NCBI RefSeq assembly: GCF_006345805.1
Contig: NW_021834557.1
Span: 1 to 47,587, forward strand
Length of the DNA stretch: 47,587 nt
From: Octopus sinensis
Lineage: Eukaryota
Direction: 5' to 3'
Shown here: in pieces, positions 11,165 to 24,756 of the stretch
Layout of the letters: each line of letters opens with the position of its first letter
Numbering within the stretch: the first letter of the stretch is position 1
Position numbers and translations under genes: made by a program
The notes under the pieces: model-generated
The model's database searches: none
Told to the model about the DNA's origin: nothing
The model's input: the letters and a program-made list of their open reading frames with translations, nothing else

Positions 11165-12470
11165 TCGACCCGCAGTCGAAAGACACAAATTTGGCCTCGG
11201 CGGGATTTGAACTCAAAGTTTAAAGAACCAGCACAAATAATGCAAAGCATTTTTTTTCTGACAGTCCAGCGATTCCGAAAGAGTCTTGGGCAAATCCCCC
11301 CCCCCAATAATTAATCATCTTACTAGCAGAATAGTTAACGTGTCCGGACAAAATGCTTAAAACATTTACTCCGGTTCCTTATGCTCTGTGTTCAAAATCC
11401 CGCTGTGGTTGATTTTGTCTTTCATCCTTTGAGGGTCGATGAAATAAGTAGAATCCAGCTTCTGGGGTCGATGTGATCGATTTATACCAGATTTGCTGAC
11501 CTTGGGGCACATTTTGTTTCTCTTGCTTTAATTTTGAAAGTTTAGGGTGAAGGTTCGAATCCAGATGATGCTTACACATATTTTTCAAAACATGATTGTT
11601 TTTCTTTCTCCCTTCAACTGTTTTGGTTTTCAGTGTAAAACAAATTAATATTTTAATTAATAAGTAAATCTTAAGTAAGAAGAAAACAAATTTATCACAA
11701 ATACACTGGACGAAGTCGTTTTTCATCGACCCCGTTCCCCAACTGGTACCTAATTCGCCGACCCCGAAAGGATGAAAGACAAAGCCAACCTCAGCAGAAT
11801 TAGAACTCAGAACGAAAGATCGAATGAAATGCCACCATGCATTTTATCCGGTGGGCTAACGATTATGTCAACTTCATTATTATTATTGTTGTTGTTGTTA
11901 TCGTTATTATTATCTGTTGGCGGAAGGCAGCGAGGAGGCAGGGCCGTTAGCACGCTGGACAAAATATCGCTACGTTCTGAGTTCAGATTCCGCCGAGGTC
12001 GACTTTATCTTTCATCCTTTCGGGATCGATAAATTAAGTACCAGTGAAACACTGGGGTCGATATAATGGACTAATCCCCTTCCCACAAAATTTCAGACCT
12101 TGTGCTTTTAATAGAAATGATCATTATCTCTTGGCGGCTGTGGGCCGGCGGAATTGTAAGCAAGCCGAACAATAAATGCTTAATGTAATCGACTGGACCT
12201 CCCCCCCACTCCGGTATTGCAGGCCTTGTGCCTACAGTAGAAAAGAATAACAGTTGCCTGGTGGCTGAATCGTTAGCACGCCAGACAAAGTACGTAGCGG
12301 TGTTTCGTTCGTCTTTACGTTCTGAGTTCAAATTCCGCAGGGGTCGACTTTGTCTTTTATCCTTTCGTGGTGGATAAAATAAGTACCAGATGAGCGCTGG
12401 GGGGGGGTTTCGATGTAATCGACTGGTCCCCTCTCCCAAAATTTCAGGCCTTGCGCTTCTAGCAGAAAGG
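11165..12470. mobile_element. Cluster of ~6 SINE B copies/fragments in alternating orientation
   Basis: 11165-11290 -, 11325-11500 +, 11725-11860 -, 11918-12125 +, 12170-12245 -, 12255-12470 +. Confidence 0.8.
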
Positions 12471-13257
12471 ATTATTATTAGCAGTGGTACCAGTATTAGT
12501 TACTGCTGTTGTTGTTGTCGGCGTAGGAGTTGTTCGAGGTCCCATAAATTTGCAGCAAGAGAAAGGGAAAGACATTTTAATTATATGCGTGCCTCTCAAG
12601 GTATTTCAGTCGATCACCTAAATCTCTTGCCCCGCCACCATCTCCGCCTTTCCCCGCTTCCCGCCCATGCTAAACTAAACATTTATCTCCGCACGCCACC
12701 CCCCACACATCCTTATTGCCCCCTTCTGTCAACCTCCAGACCACACATACCCCCAGATCGCCTTTAAGGCATTCCATTTTCATATCAGACATCAAAGTAA
12801 TACACCTCTATCTCAGGTCATTTTTACGGGGGTTAATGCTGTCCCTTTTCCTTTCACCCCCACCCCCAATCCACTCGTTTTCCCACCCTGTTCCTTTTTT
12901 TGTCTGGTCTTTGTTGGTTGTTTAAGTAATTTTATTGGTTAAACAGTGAAATATGTATGTATGGATGAATGGATGTATGTATGTGTTTATACACACACGC
13001 ACATATATATATATATATACATGTATGCATCTGTGTGTGTGTGTGTGTGTGTATGTGTGTGTGTCACTCCGTATATCTCTCTATCACTGTATCTGTCTAT
13101 CTACTTATTTATTTATCTATCTATCTTTCTATATCTTTCTATCTATTTGTATGCGTGTGTATTTATGTGTGCGCGTGTGTATGTATGTGGTATGTTAAAG
13201 AGACTTAAATTATATATATACATGCATGTATTTGTATGCATAAGCATATATGTGTAT

Positions 13258-13308
<51 letters not shown>

Positions 13309-13363
13309 CATAAATATATATATGTGATTGGGTAAATTTTGTGTTGATGTTTTGTTATAATAG

Positions 13364-13482
13364 ACATTTCACATTAATCTGAGGGGTTGCCGTATCCCTT
13401 TGGAGAGTACAAGTCTTTGTTTAAGCAAGAATACTGTTGACAGTGACTTCGAAGTTCCAACGAGTTTAGCCATCGTCGGACT
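13364..13482 (+). CDS. Candidate internal exon 1 of an unidentified host gene ([40 protein letters not shown])
   Basis: Unique island among microsatellites. T-rich acceptor ..tttgttataatag at 13362-63; only one plus frame open; donor GTATGT at 13483 gives phase 2, matching the next exon. An alternative GTAAGT at 13491 would give phase 1. Confidence 0.5.
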
Positions 13483-13528
13483 GTATGTGTGTAAGTTGTG
13501 CATGTGTGTGTGTATGTATGTATGTATG

Positions 13529-13610
<82 letters not shown>

Positions 13611-13612
<2 letters not shown>

Positions 13613-14032
13613 CGCAGGAGTGACTGTGTGGTAAGTAGCTTGCTAACCAACCACATGGTTCCGGGTTCAGTCCCACTGCGTGGCACCTTGGGCAAATGTC
13701 TTCTGCTATAGCCCCGGGCCGACCAATGCCTTGTGAGTGGATTTGGTAGACGGAAACTGAAAGAAGCCTGTCGTATATATGTATATGTATATATATATAT
13801 GTGTGCGTGTGTGTGTATGTTTGTGTGTCTGTGTTTGTCCCTCTAGCATTGCTTGACAACCGATATTGGTGTGTTTACGTCCCCGTCACTTAGCGGTTCG
13901 GCAAAACAGACCGATAGAATAAGTACTGGGCTTACAAAAAATAAGTCCCGGGGTCGATTTGATCGACTAAAAGGCGGTGCTCCAGCATGACTGCAGTCAA
14001 ATGACTGAAACAAGTAAAAGAGTAAAAGAGTA
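13611..14032 (+). mobile_element. SINE family A, full length
   Basis: ggcgcaggagtgactgtgtgg..aaaagagtaaaagag. Confidence 0.95.
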
Positions 14033-14337
14033 TATATACACCGACAGTTTATTCTTTTTTCTGTTACTCGTTCCAACCCTTAATTTTGGCATTCCTGGGG
14101 CTCCAAACCGATGGGTATTATTCTCTTCGCTTAAAAAGAAAATAGAACGATCACTTGGTGGCAAATGGCACCGTCTGCAGATGAAGAGATGAAGCAGCTA
14201 CAACAGTCGATATTTCACTAAAACTGAAACGCCATTAAGAAACAAAAACAAAAAAAGAAAACAGTCTGCTTGCCTGGAAACAAGTTAACAAATGTATATG
14301 TATATACAATGCATATTTATACATATACATATACACA

Positions 14338-14380
<43 letters not shown>

Positions 14381-14429
14381 TTATATGTATATAACATATA
14401 CTTGTATATATATAAATATATATATATTT

Positions 14430-14460
<31 letters not shown>

Positions 14461-14478
14461 TGTATGCATATATATATG

Positions 14479-14521
<43 letters not shown>

Positions 14522-15326
14522 GCATGTATGCATAATACACGATGTAAGCCATTAATATTTGGTGTGTAATTGACTAAACCCCTCTCCCTAAAGCTGCAGG
14601 CCTTGCGTGAAAATTGGAAACTATTTTATTTGAATTGTTAGAGGAACGACCAATTACTGCGGCTCGCTATTTTCTGCATTCAAATCCCCGTCACTACCAT
14701 CATCATGGCCCTCGTCATAGTAGTCGTCGCTGTCATCATCATCATCATCATCATCATGAACAACAGCTACAACAACAAACCAATCAATTACAGTAGCCAC
14801 GCCAGAATGTCACGCACATATCGTAAATATAGAATGCAAGTACCCGTTAAAACATACACCCACCCTTATATACCCGTTTAAAACAAACCTCCGCCAAACC
14901 TAGTAAAAAGCATCCACGAAGAAGAGGACAGACAAGGATCGTGAAAAAACATAACACATAGGTTACGAGGTATACACCGGTATGTATGTGTGTGAGTATA
15001 TATACACACGTGTGTGAGTATATATATATATATATATATATATAGATATATATTATATATATATATAAACATACAAGTTTGTAGATATTTATGCGCTTAA
15101 CAATGTTTGTGTGATTGTGTATGTGCAAATATATATCTTTATATATATACTTACATACACACACATACATATATACATACATATAAATATATATATATAT
15201 TATACATATATTTATATTATATGTATATATATATATATTATATATATATATATAAATATATATAATGTATATATTATATATATATATATATTAATATATA
15301 TATATAATATATATATATATAATATA

Positions 15327-15608
15327 TCACGTGACCGACCAGACCATCAGATGTTACACATCGCCAGTTACAATGCGTTCGCATTGTTTTAGCCTCCGAA
15401 TGACGCCACCCCGCTGGCTAAGCGAGCAGGCCAACAGAAGAAAGAGTTGTGAAAGAGTACAGAAAGGATCACCACCCCCTGCCGGAGGCTCGTGGAGCTT
15501 TTAGGTGTTTTCTCTCAGTAAACACTCACAACGCCCGGTCTGGGAATCGAAACTGCGATCCTACGACCGCGAGTCCGCTGCCCTAACCACTGGGCCATTG
15601 CGCCTCCA
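15327..15608 (-). mobile_element. SINE family C (tail type i)
   Basis: Reverse complement of 28188-28492. Confidence 0.9.
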
Positions 15609-15609
15609 C

Positions 15610-15633
15610 ACACACACACACACACACACACAG

Positions 15634-15667
<34 letters not shown>

Positions 15668-15773
15668 CATATATACATATATATATACATGCACACAGAC
15701 ACATATTCATGTACTAATATAGACACATATATGTGTATTAGCGTATATTTGCGTTTATGTGTGTATATATATA

Positions 15774-15864
<91 letters not shown>

Positions 15865-16086
15865 TTGTACACGGATGCATACACACGCACACGCGCAACT
15901 ATAATTTGCTACGGTGAGGGTTTTTTTTTTTGCGCATACGTCTATATCCAGATACACTCTGGGTTTGCACGTACAAATGTTTGCCTAATTATATGAAGGT
16001 ATTTGAGTTGGTACACAGCATATTTAATCATCTGGTCCCTTTCACATGTACCGTCAAATACACGAAACACGCGCACACACACACAT

Positions 16087-16183
<97 letters not shown>

Positions 16184-16281
16184 ATACATGCACACAGACA
16201 CATATTCATGTACTAATATAGACACATATATGTGTATTAGCGTATATTTGCGTTTATGTGTGTATATATATATATATATAA

Positions 16282-16354
<73 letters not shown>

Positions 16355-16576
16355 TTGTACACGGATGCATACACACGCACACGCGCAACTATAATTTGCT
16401 ACGGTGAGGGTTTTTTTTTTTGCGCATACGTCTATATCCAGATACACTCTGGGTTTGCACGTACAAATGTTTGCCTAATTATATGAAGGTATTTGAGTTG
16501 GTACACAGCATATTTAATCATCTGGTCCCTTTCACATGTACCGTCAAATACACGAAACACGCGCACACACACACAT

Positions 16577-16620
<44 letters not shown>
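15610..16620. repeat. Tandem duplication, ~490-500-bp period
   Basis: Unique blocks 15688-15770/16187-16269 and ~15857-16080/16347-16570 appear identical; only microsatellite lengths differ. Confidence 0.95.
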
Positions 16621-16621
<1 letters not shown>

Positions 16622-16897
16622 CACACACGCACGCATACTCGCAGACACGCTGTCATACACACATCTATACCTAAAAGCCTAACAGGATTGGCCAGATTGT
16701 TCTCACAATCTTGCAGTGTTTAGCGACGTCGCTTCACGTACGTCCGTGGTGAGTTCAAACCTAACCTTGGTTGAGTCTGACATTCATTGTTTTGGATGGC
16801 GATAGAGATAAAGGATGTCTCAGAGGAGAACTAAGATCGATATAATCCGTTATAATCTCTTATTGGAAACCTGTGGCTTTGTATTCAAAATTAATAT

Positions 16898-17280
16898 GCA
16901 GGCGTAGCTCTGTGGTAAGAAGCTAGATTCCAATCACATGGTTCAGGGTTCAGTCGCACAGCGCGGCACCTTGGGCAAGTGTTTTTTTACTGTAGCCTTG
17001 AGACAAACAAAGCATTGTGAGTGGCTTTGGTAGAAGGAAACTGAAAGAAGCCCATCCTATATGTGCCTATATTTGTGCGTGTCTTTGTGTCTTCGTATCT
17101 ATGATCGACACCACAGTTTGACAATCGGTGTTGGTTTGTTTACGTCTATGTAACTTAGCGGTTCTCCATAAGCGACCGATGGAATAAGTACCAGGCTTTG
17201 AAAAGACGCATGAGTATTGGGGTCGATGCTTGGAGGTGGTGCTTCAGCATGGCCGCAGTCTAATGACTGAAACAAGTGTG
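16898..17280 (+). mobile_element. SINE family A, diverged
   Basis: Similarity to other copies. Confidence 0.8.
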
Positions 17281-17329
17281 AAGCTAAAATTTATATGATT
17301 ATTGTGGTTTCAATTATTGGTGCAATGAA

Positions 17330-18150
17330 TTTAGGGGAAGGGGCAAGTCGAATACCTTGACCCCAGTACCTAACTGGTACCATTTTATCGAACCTGAAAT
17401 GATGAAGGGCAAGGATACCTCGGTGGCGTTTGACCATAAAGAGCCGGAAGAAATTCAGTTATGCATTTTGTCCGACGCGCAAAAAATTCTGCCGCTTCAT
17501 TGCCTTTGAAATAATATTCTTTACTACTCTTGGTACAAGGCCCTAAATTTTTGGGGTGGGGCCAGTCAATTAGATCGACCCCAGTACACAACTGGTACTT
17601 AATCTATCGACTCTGAAAGGATGAATCTTTTTCCTTTGAACGGCAGATCGAGAAATTAATTTTTTGTAACTAAACACTTTCAAATTTCAGACACTCGTAG
17701 AATGTGTCATGTAAAACATCTTTTTCTCAGTGTGGTTGAGAAAAGTGAAAACCAGTACAAAGCAGTGACAAACGAAATATACACCGCCGGAAGTTGTTGT
17801 TGACAAGCAATGGCAGTAATTTTATTCAGCTGAATACATGTCATTGATTGGTTGAAATTACCGAAATACGACAAGTTTAACACGAAATAACTTTGAAAAT
17901 ACAAATTTTTCTCAACAACACTAAGAGTAAAAGACGTTTTATATGAAACATTCTACCAGTGTCCGAAGTTTGAAAATGTTTAGTTACAAAATAAAAATAT
18001 TTCTCGATCTGCCGTTCAAAGGGTAAAAATCCGAAAGGATGAAAGACAAAATTGACCTTGCTGGAATTTGAACTTAGAGCATAAAGACTGACGAAATATC
18101 GCGAAAATATTTCGCCCGGCGCGCTAACGATTCTGCCAGCTCGCTCTCTT

Positions 18151-18192
<42 letters not shown>

Positions 18193-18500
18193 ACAGACAC
18201 CTACTGCTAAGAACGCTGTCGTACATACACGCACACACAGAACTAACTTTGCAAGTAGTTTTTATCATTATTATAAGCACGAATAAAGGCGGTGAGCTAG
18301 CAGAATCGTTAGCACGTCAAACGAAATACTTAGCGGCATTTCGTCCGGCTTAACGTTCTGAGTTCAAACTCTGCCAAGGCCGACTCTGCCTTTCATCCTT
18401 TTGAGATCGATAAAATAAGTACCCGTTCGGCAAACAGAGCCGTTATAATCGATTAACCCCTCTCCCAAAATTCCAGCGCTTGTTCCCTATAATCGAAAAC
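17330..18500. mobile_element. SINE B copies (17330-17515 -, 17520-18145 - split by the MITE, 18287-18500 +)
   Basis: Similarity to 10487-10721. Confidence 0.8.
17625..18030. mobile_element. Long-TIR MITE (~115-bp TIRs) inserted in a SINE
   Basis: cctttgaacggcagatcgagaaa.. / ..tttctcgatctgccgttcaaagg; flanking duplication c(t/c)gaaaggatga at 17613-24 and 18031-42. Confidence 0.85.
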
Positions 18501-18554
18501 ATTTTTGTACATATGAAAATACATTTGTAAATAAGCGTATATGTTTATATGCAG

Positions 18555-18722
18555 ATATACAATTTCTCAAATCTATTCTGATTGGATACATAAACGTTCC
18601 TATTTTCCGGTTCATTCGTCAGTTCGAGGCAGTTTCAGAACTAACCTCATGGATCTGACTAGCTTCATACCTCAAGTCACCAAGGAATATTACCTTTTAT
18701 ACACGGGCTTGAACTCCTGTTT
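18555..18722 (+). CDS. Candidate exon 2 (YTISQIYSDWIHKRSYFPVHSSVRGSFRTNLMDLTSFIPQVTKEYYLLYTGLNSC)
   Basis: Acceptor atgcag at 18553-54 and donor GTGAGT at 18723; 168 nt, phase 2-2; open frame, while all three minus frames contain stops. Confidence 0.6.
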
Positions 18723-19037
18723 GTGAGTATGGGTTTGTCGTTCTCTGTTCTTTTTTAACTGAAATATTCTTCGAGATTAACTCTGGCGCAGGATACGCTT
18801 GTGAATTCCTCAGAAGAATTTATATCATCGTTCCAATCAGCATTTCCCCCGTTTTATAATTTTATAATACATTACACAAAACACTTTTCCTTCTCGTTAC
18901 TTTGGTTCTATCTAGAATTATATCTTCCTATATAAAACGCTGTGTTTTCTGAGAAAATTTTGCTTGGTTAATTTCCCTGGTTCTGCAACCCTTGAAAGGA
19001 AACGTGCTAAGTACTCCGAAAGAAGGGAAACAGATTA

Positions 19038-19074
<37 letters not shown>

Positions 19075-19149
19075 GCATACACACACATATACATACATAT
19101 ATATATACGCATACACACACATATACATACATATATATATATATATATA

Positions 19150-19640
19150 TGTACAAAATGGGACAAGAATGATACAAGAATGAGACAACAAAACATCCAG
19201 GTAGACGATACAAAGAAACCAAGGACGGGTCATTCGAAGTTTTCTTTCCTCAGTCGAGTACCAGATTATCTTCGCAATTTCGGCTGATTATACTCGAGAT
19301 TGCTCCAATCCGGCCAGCCCCAAGGAAAAACTAAGCTAAGAACATTAGATTCCTTGGAAGAAAGCAGCGAATGCATACAAAAACAAGAACGGAGAAAGCG
19401 GACAATGTCAAACAAATACAATAAAAATAATAACAGGACATAACAAAAGGTGTCTTTCGAGTAGGGACGAATTAAATTAAGGTGGTGTGTGTTGGAAACA
19501 TAAACAAACCCTTACGGCAGGGATACAAGATTTCACAGGCACATGGAGTAATATCGATGTTGCACACGGACAACGGCCAGACCAAGAAAGAAAGACCAGG
19601 CTTGGCCGAACGCCGGTCACGTGGGAAGACAAGATATATA
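19150..19640. repeat. Dispersed repeat, probably Penelope-like terminal sequence
   Basis: 19150-19290 matches 26753-26870 (aaaatgggacaag..caaaacatccag.tagacgatacaaa..tcgcaatttcggctgat). Confidence 0.5.
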
Positions 19641-20205
19641 TATATATATATATATATAGTATGTTTTCCTTCAGAGAGAGTCAGACAGACAAAAAGACAG
19701 AAAAAGAGAGAGAAAGAATATTATATAGACTGGTTGGTCTAATAACATAAATGGATAAATTGCTTATTAACAGAGTTTGGATTCCTTGAGTTGGGTAGTC
19801 TTGGGGAGATAAATAAATATAAGCAGAAATGGAAAAAGAAAGAGTGAGAGAGAAGAAAAATACACAGCGAATTAAAGTTCTAGAACAGAGAGGGGAAAAT
19901 TAGGGAGGTAGTGCGATCGAGTAAGGAGAACATAAAATAAACGACTGAGGCAAAAAAGAATGACAGAAGTAAAGAGAGTGACAGAATGAGAGAGAAAAAG
20001 AGAGAGAGGGGGAGATTTAAGTACGATATCGGATTGAGGAGGGGAAACATACTGAAGGGGAGGAGGTAGAATTTAACGAAGAGAATGAACATACAAACAG
20101 AAGCACATGCACGCACATACATACATACATACATACATACGTACATACATACATACATACATACATACATACATACATACATACATACATACATACATAC
20201 ATACA

Positions 20206-23200
20206 TGATGATGACTGCCCCTTTGTTATCGAGGATGGTCATTGCACGAAGCTTAACTGTTACTGGTGCTGTGATCGAATGTGACTTTTTAGCCCAGTTA
20301 AAGATCTACAATGTCTTCTACAGAATTGGCAACTAAAACCTTTACTGGTAATAGCCGGCTGTATTTTTTAACTGGGCTTCATGTACCTTTGCATGACGTT
20401 TAAGTCCTCCTGCCGAATTACACTCACCTTCACATGCCCGATAGATATGATTAGTATGGTGTGTTACACCACCACCAGTGGCCAGGTTGTCACTCATCTG
20501 TCTCGTTTTATGACTACGAAGATGACTCATGAGTCCAGCTTTACTGAGGCAGGGTCTTGCACAGACATTGCATGTCAGCATCATAGGAAGACCCTTCCCA
20601 TCTGGAAGTGTAACAGGGATGCACTTCCTGATATCCCTCCTTACTTTCTCATGTGCAACTCGAGATTTCTCAAAAGTGGCTGTCCCCTCGTGCACAATCC
20701 TTCTCCACCTGCTACGATCAATAGCTATGCCTTCCCATGTGTCAGCAGAGATGCAAGCATCTCTTAAGGAAGCCTTCAGTAAGTCCTTATACCACTTTTT
20801 TGGTTTATGTGGAGGTCGTTCTCCTTTAGCTAACTCTCCATAAAATAGTTGTTTTGACATCTTTGAATCCTTCATCCTGACCGCATTACCACTCCATCTG
20901 AGCCTTTGCTTTAACACAAGAGCTTCTATACTTTCAAACCGAGAGCCTTCCAATATTTCAAGATCACTGATGCGGTCCTTCCACTTAATGCCATAGATCC
21001 GTTTGAGGCACATCTGATGGAAACGTTCCAGTTGTTTAAGGTGGTATCGATATGTGACCCACGTCTCGCAGGCATAGAGAAGAGAAGGGAGCACACATGC
21101 CTTGTACACCTTTATCTTTGTCTTTCTTTATATGTCTCGCCGACTCCAGAGGCGCTTTTCTAGCCTTCCGAAAGCAACACTTGCTTTCTTAATTCTATAT
21201 GGAATTTCATCATCCAAATTGCTATATCTATTAATAGTGCTTCCTAGGTAGACAAACTGATCAAGTACATCAAGTCGTTTACCATACACATAGATATTTG
21301 GTACACTATACTGCTTACCAGGGGCAGGTTGATGCATGACAACAGTTTTCTTGAGATTGACTGTCAATCCTAAGGCAGTGCAAGTATCAGAGAATGCATT
21401 CAAAATGTGTTGCATATCAATCACTGTGTGTGCTACTAGCTCACAATCATCTGCATACAAAAGTTCTCTTATGATAGAGGTAAATACCTTTGTTTTTGCA
21501 GCAAAGCGCCTGATATTAAATATGCTACCAGAGGTTCGATAATGGATGTAAACACCGTATCTGCAGTTTCTGAATGCAATACAGAACACCATCGCAAAAT
21601 ATATGACAAATAGGGTCGGTGCCAGAATATCCCCCTGTTTATCTCCATTTTGTATTGAAATGGGCTCCGACATTTTCCCTCTAACATTCATCCTACTAAT
21701 CATGTCTTCATGAAAAGACCTAACCGAAGCAAGGAACTTTAGTGGACACCGAAGTTTCTGAATGACTTTCCACAATGCTTTTCTATTGACGGTATCAAAG
21801 GCTTTTGTCAGATCGACAAAAACCTGATACAATCCAGACCCTGTTCCACACACTTCTCCTGAATCTGTCTAGCCGAAAATATCATATCAGTAGTGCCACG
21901 TCTCACACGAAAGCCAGATTGACTTTCTGGAAGAACACAATCTGCAACGTATTTCAGCAGACGATCCAGAAGTACCCTGCATAAAACCTTTCCTACGACA
22001 GACAGCAATGATACTCCCCTATAATTACCACAATCATTCCTGTTGCCCTTTCCCTTATACAAGACCACCACTACTGTATCTCTCCAGTCCTCATGTGTAC
22101 AGAGTCACTAGTCCATATCTTACCAAACAAAGAGTGAAGTTTCTGCAGAAGTTTCTCACCACCTTGCTGTAACAAATCCGCATGTATGCCATCCATACCC
22201 GGAGACTTCCCATTATTCAACCTTGAGACACCGATTGCAACTTCTTCCAACATTGGTGGTTCTGCGAGTGCTGCTTTCACAGGTAGTCCAGGGATGAGAT
22301 TGAGAACATCCTCACTAACTACAGACTGCTGATTCAAAAGTTCATCAAAGTGTTCTTGCCACCTTCGCAGAATTCCTTGTGAATTACGAAGAAGTTCTTT
22401 ACCATTCCTGCTTCGAAGTGGTGTCATCAGGGAAGACGTCGGTCCATAAACGTCTCGCAAGAGACCATACAACAGCTTTGTGTTATTGGAATCTGATGCC
22501 GCCTGTATTTCATCAGCCTTCTTACTCCACCACATATCCCTCATCTGAGAGAGCCTTTGCCTCACACGTGATTTTACGTCCTTGAGTTCCCTATGCAACA
22601 CTTCCCTTTCCTGTGACTTTGCTGACTAATAGCGTGACAAAGTACGTCTTTTATCAGCCAATAAATCATCTATATGTTCATCATTTTCTTTAAACCAATC
22701 TTGATGCTTTCTTTGTATGAATTCCAGAACTTTCTTGCCTATATCATAAACTGACTTTTTAAGGGTCGGCCAATCCTCCCCAATATCTGCAGCATTCATT
22801 TCCTCTCGTAAAGTTCTCTTCACACTATTACACCTTAGACGATCAACATTCAGTCTTTTAGGCAGGGTAATCCCTGCAGCTCGGATTTTATGTTTTGCGA
22901 CTAATTTCACTTTTGCACGTACTAGGCAGTGTTCAGTCAAACACTCAGCTCCACGAAAAACACGAACACACTGCACATTCTGTCTGTCACGCACCCTAAC
23001 AAGAATGTAATCCAGAATATGCCATTCTTTAGATGCAGGGTGCATCCATGTAGTCTTAGACTTATTCTTTTGTTGAAACATGGTATTGGTAACACACAGA
23101 CGCAGCTCCTCACACATCTGCAGCAAAAGCATGCCATTACTATTACACTTCCCCACCCCATGCTTTCCAATTACAGTCCATGTGTTAAAATCCCTACCCA

Positions 23201-23672
23201 CTCTAGCATTAAAGTCACCCAGTACGATGACTTTGTCTGCCCGAGGGATATTTCTTATAATGCCCTTCAAAGCATGGTAGAAAGAAAGTTTTTCGTCATC
23301 AGTATAGCACATAGTTGGAGCATACACACTCACCAAGGTCACATAATTTCCTTCAGCCAAAGAAATTCTCATGGACATAAGACGCTCGTTAAATCCGATT
23401 GGGAATTCTTCCAACTTGTCCACAAGAGTAGTCTTAACAGCAAATGCCACTCCAGCTTCTCCTCTAAACTTTCATCTCTCCCTTTCCAAAAGAATGTATA
23501 TTTTCCACAAGATTCTGTAAGATGACAAACTCCAGGTAATCTCGTCCCAGATAAAGCAACGATGACAAGATCATAGCGTTGAAGCATCTTCGCAACAAGC
23601 GCAGTCCTTTCAGGACATTCAGAGGACTTGCGGTCAAGCAGTGTCCGTACATTCCAACAGCCAATATTCAAT
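20206..23672 (-). mobile_element. RTE-clade LINE retrotransposon, near full length, inactive
   Basis: APE endonuclease motifs (IGCWNVRTL, LGDFNARVG, LDYILVR), RT motifs (FVDLTKAFDTV, QGDILAPTLF, LLYADD, FVYLGS), C-terminal C2H2-like fingers, short 3' UTR with stem-loop and (CAT)n tail. Confidence 0.95.
20260..23672 (-). pseudogene. Disrupted EN-RT ORF of the RTE LINE
   Basis: Frameshifts near 23460, 22090, 21840 and 20350; in-frame stops at 22626-28 and 21128-30; reconstructed terminal stop TAA at 20260-62. Confidence 0.9.
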
Positions 23673-24024
23673 ATACATACATACGTACATACATACATAC
23701 ATACATACATACATGTGTGTGTGTGTGTGTGTGTGTGTTGTGTGTGTGTGTATGTGTGTGTGTGTACATATATACAAAGAGTGATGGAGACAGACATAAA
23801 GATAGAGAAGAAATAAGGAAGTGAAAGTATAGAATGAAAAAATAACTGAAAAGAGGCAAAAATGATAAATAAAAAGGCAATATAACTAAGCTTAAGGCAA
23901 ATTCATAAGAAATTCATGAAAAAAGGCTGCGTTAATCGTTTTTCACGGGTACTACACCAGTCGACTTCATTGTCAGTCTTTCCTATTTTAAGATAACAGA
24001 ATATGGTTCTAGATGCAATGTACT

Positions 24025-24146
<122 letters not shown>

Positions 24147-24575
24147 GAGATAGATGGATGGATGGATGGATGGATGGATGGATGGATGGATGGAGAGATA
24201 GATAGATAGATAGACAAACGGATGGACAGACAGACAGACGGACAGATAGATAGATAAGTTTCTTTATTGGCCACACAGGGCTGCACACAGATGGGACAAG
24301 TTACAAGGTAGAGCTTTTCTTTTGGGGGATGAAGAGAACAAAAAACAAAAGAAAAAATAGGGGGTGGCGTAGGTTTTCGATCAAGAGGGATCGTAAAAGG
24401 GAAGAAAAGAACAAAAAAAAATTGAATAAAATAAAAAGAATAAAAAGAATAAAAAGAAAAAAAAGAAAAGGAAAAGGAACAAAAGGAAAGAGAAATGAAA
24501 AAAGAAGAAAAAAGGGGAAAAAATAGATAGATATATATATAGATAGATATATATATATATTATATATATAGATAT

Positions 24576-24630
<55 letters not shown>

Positions 24631-24691
24631 TGAGTGCTTAACTGAGTTTATACCTACTCACAAGAAGCACTCATGTCCGTCTGCATATATA

Positions 24692-24756
<65 letters not shown>

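Noticed and set aside
13491-13496. GTAAGT as the donor of exon 1
   Set aside because: Gives phase 1, incompatible with exon 2, and no bridging exon was found; kept only as an alternative.
19230-19330. Possible hammerhead in the dispersed repeat (minus strand cagccgaaattgcg)
   Set aside because: No CUGANGA/stem III combination could be assembled.
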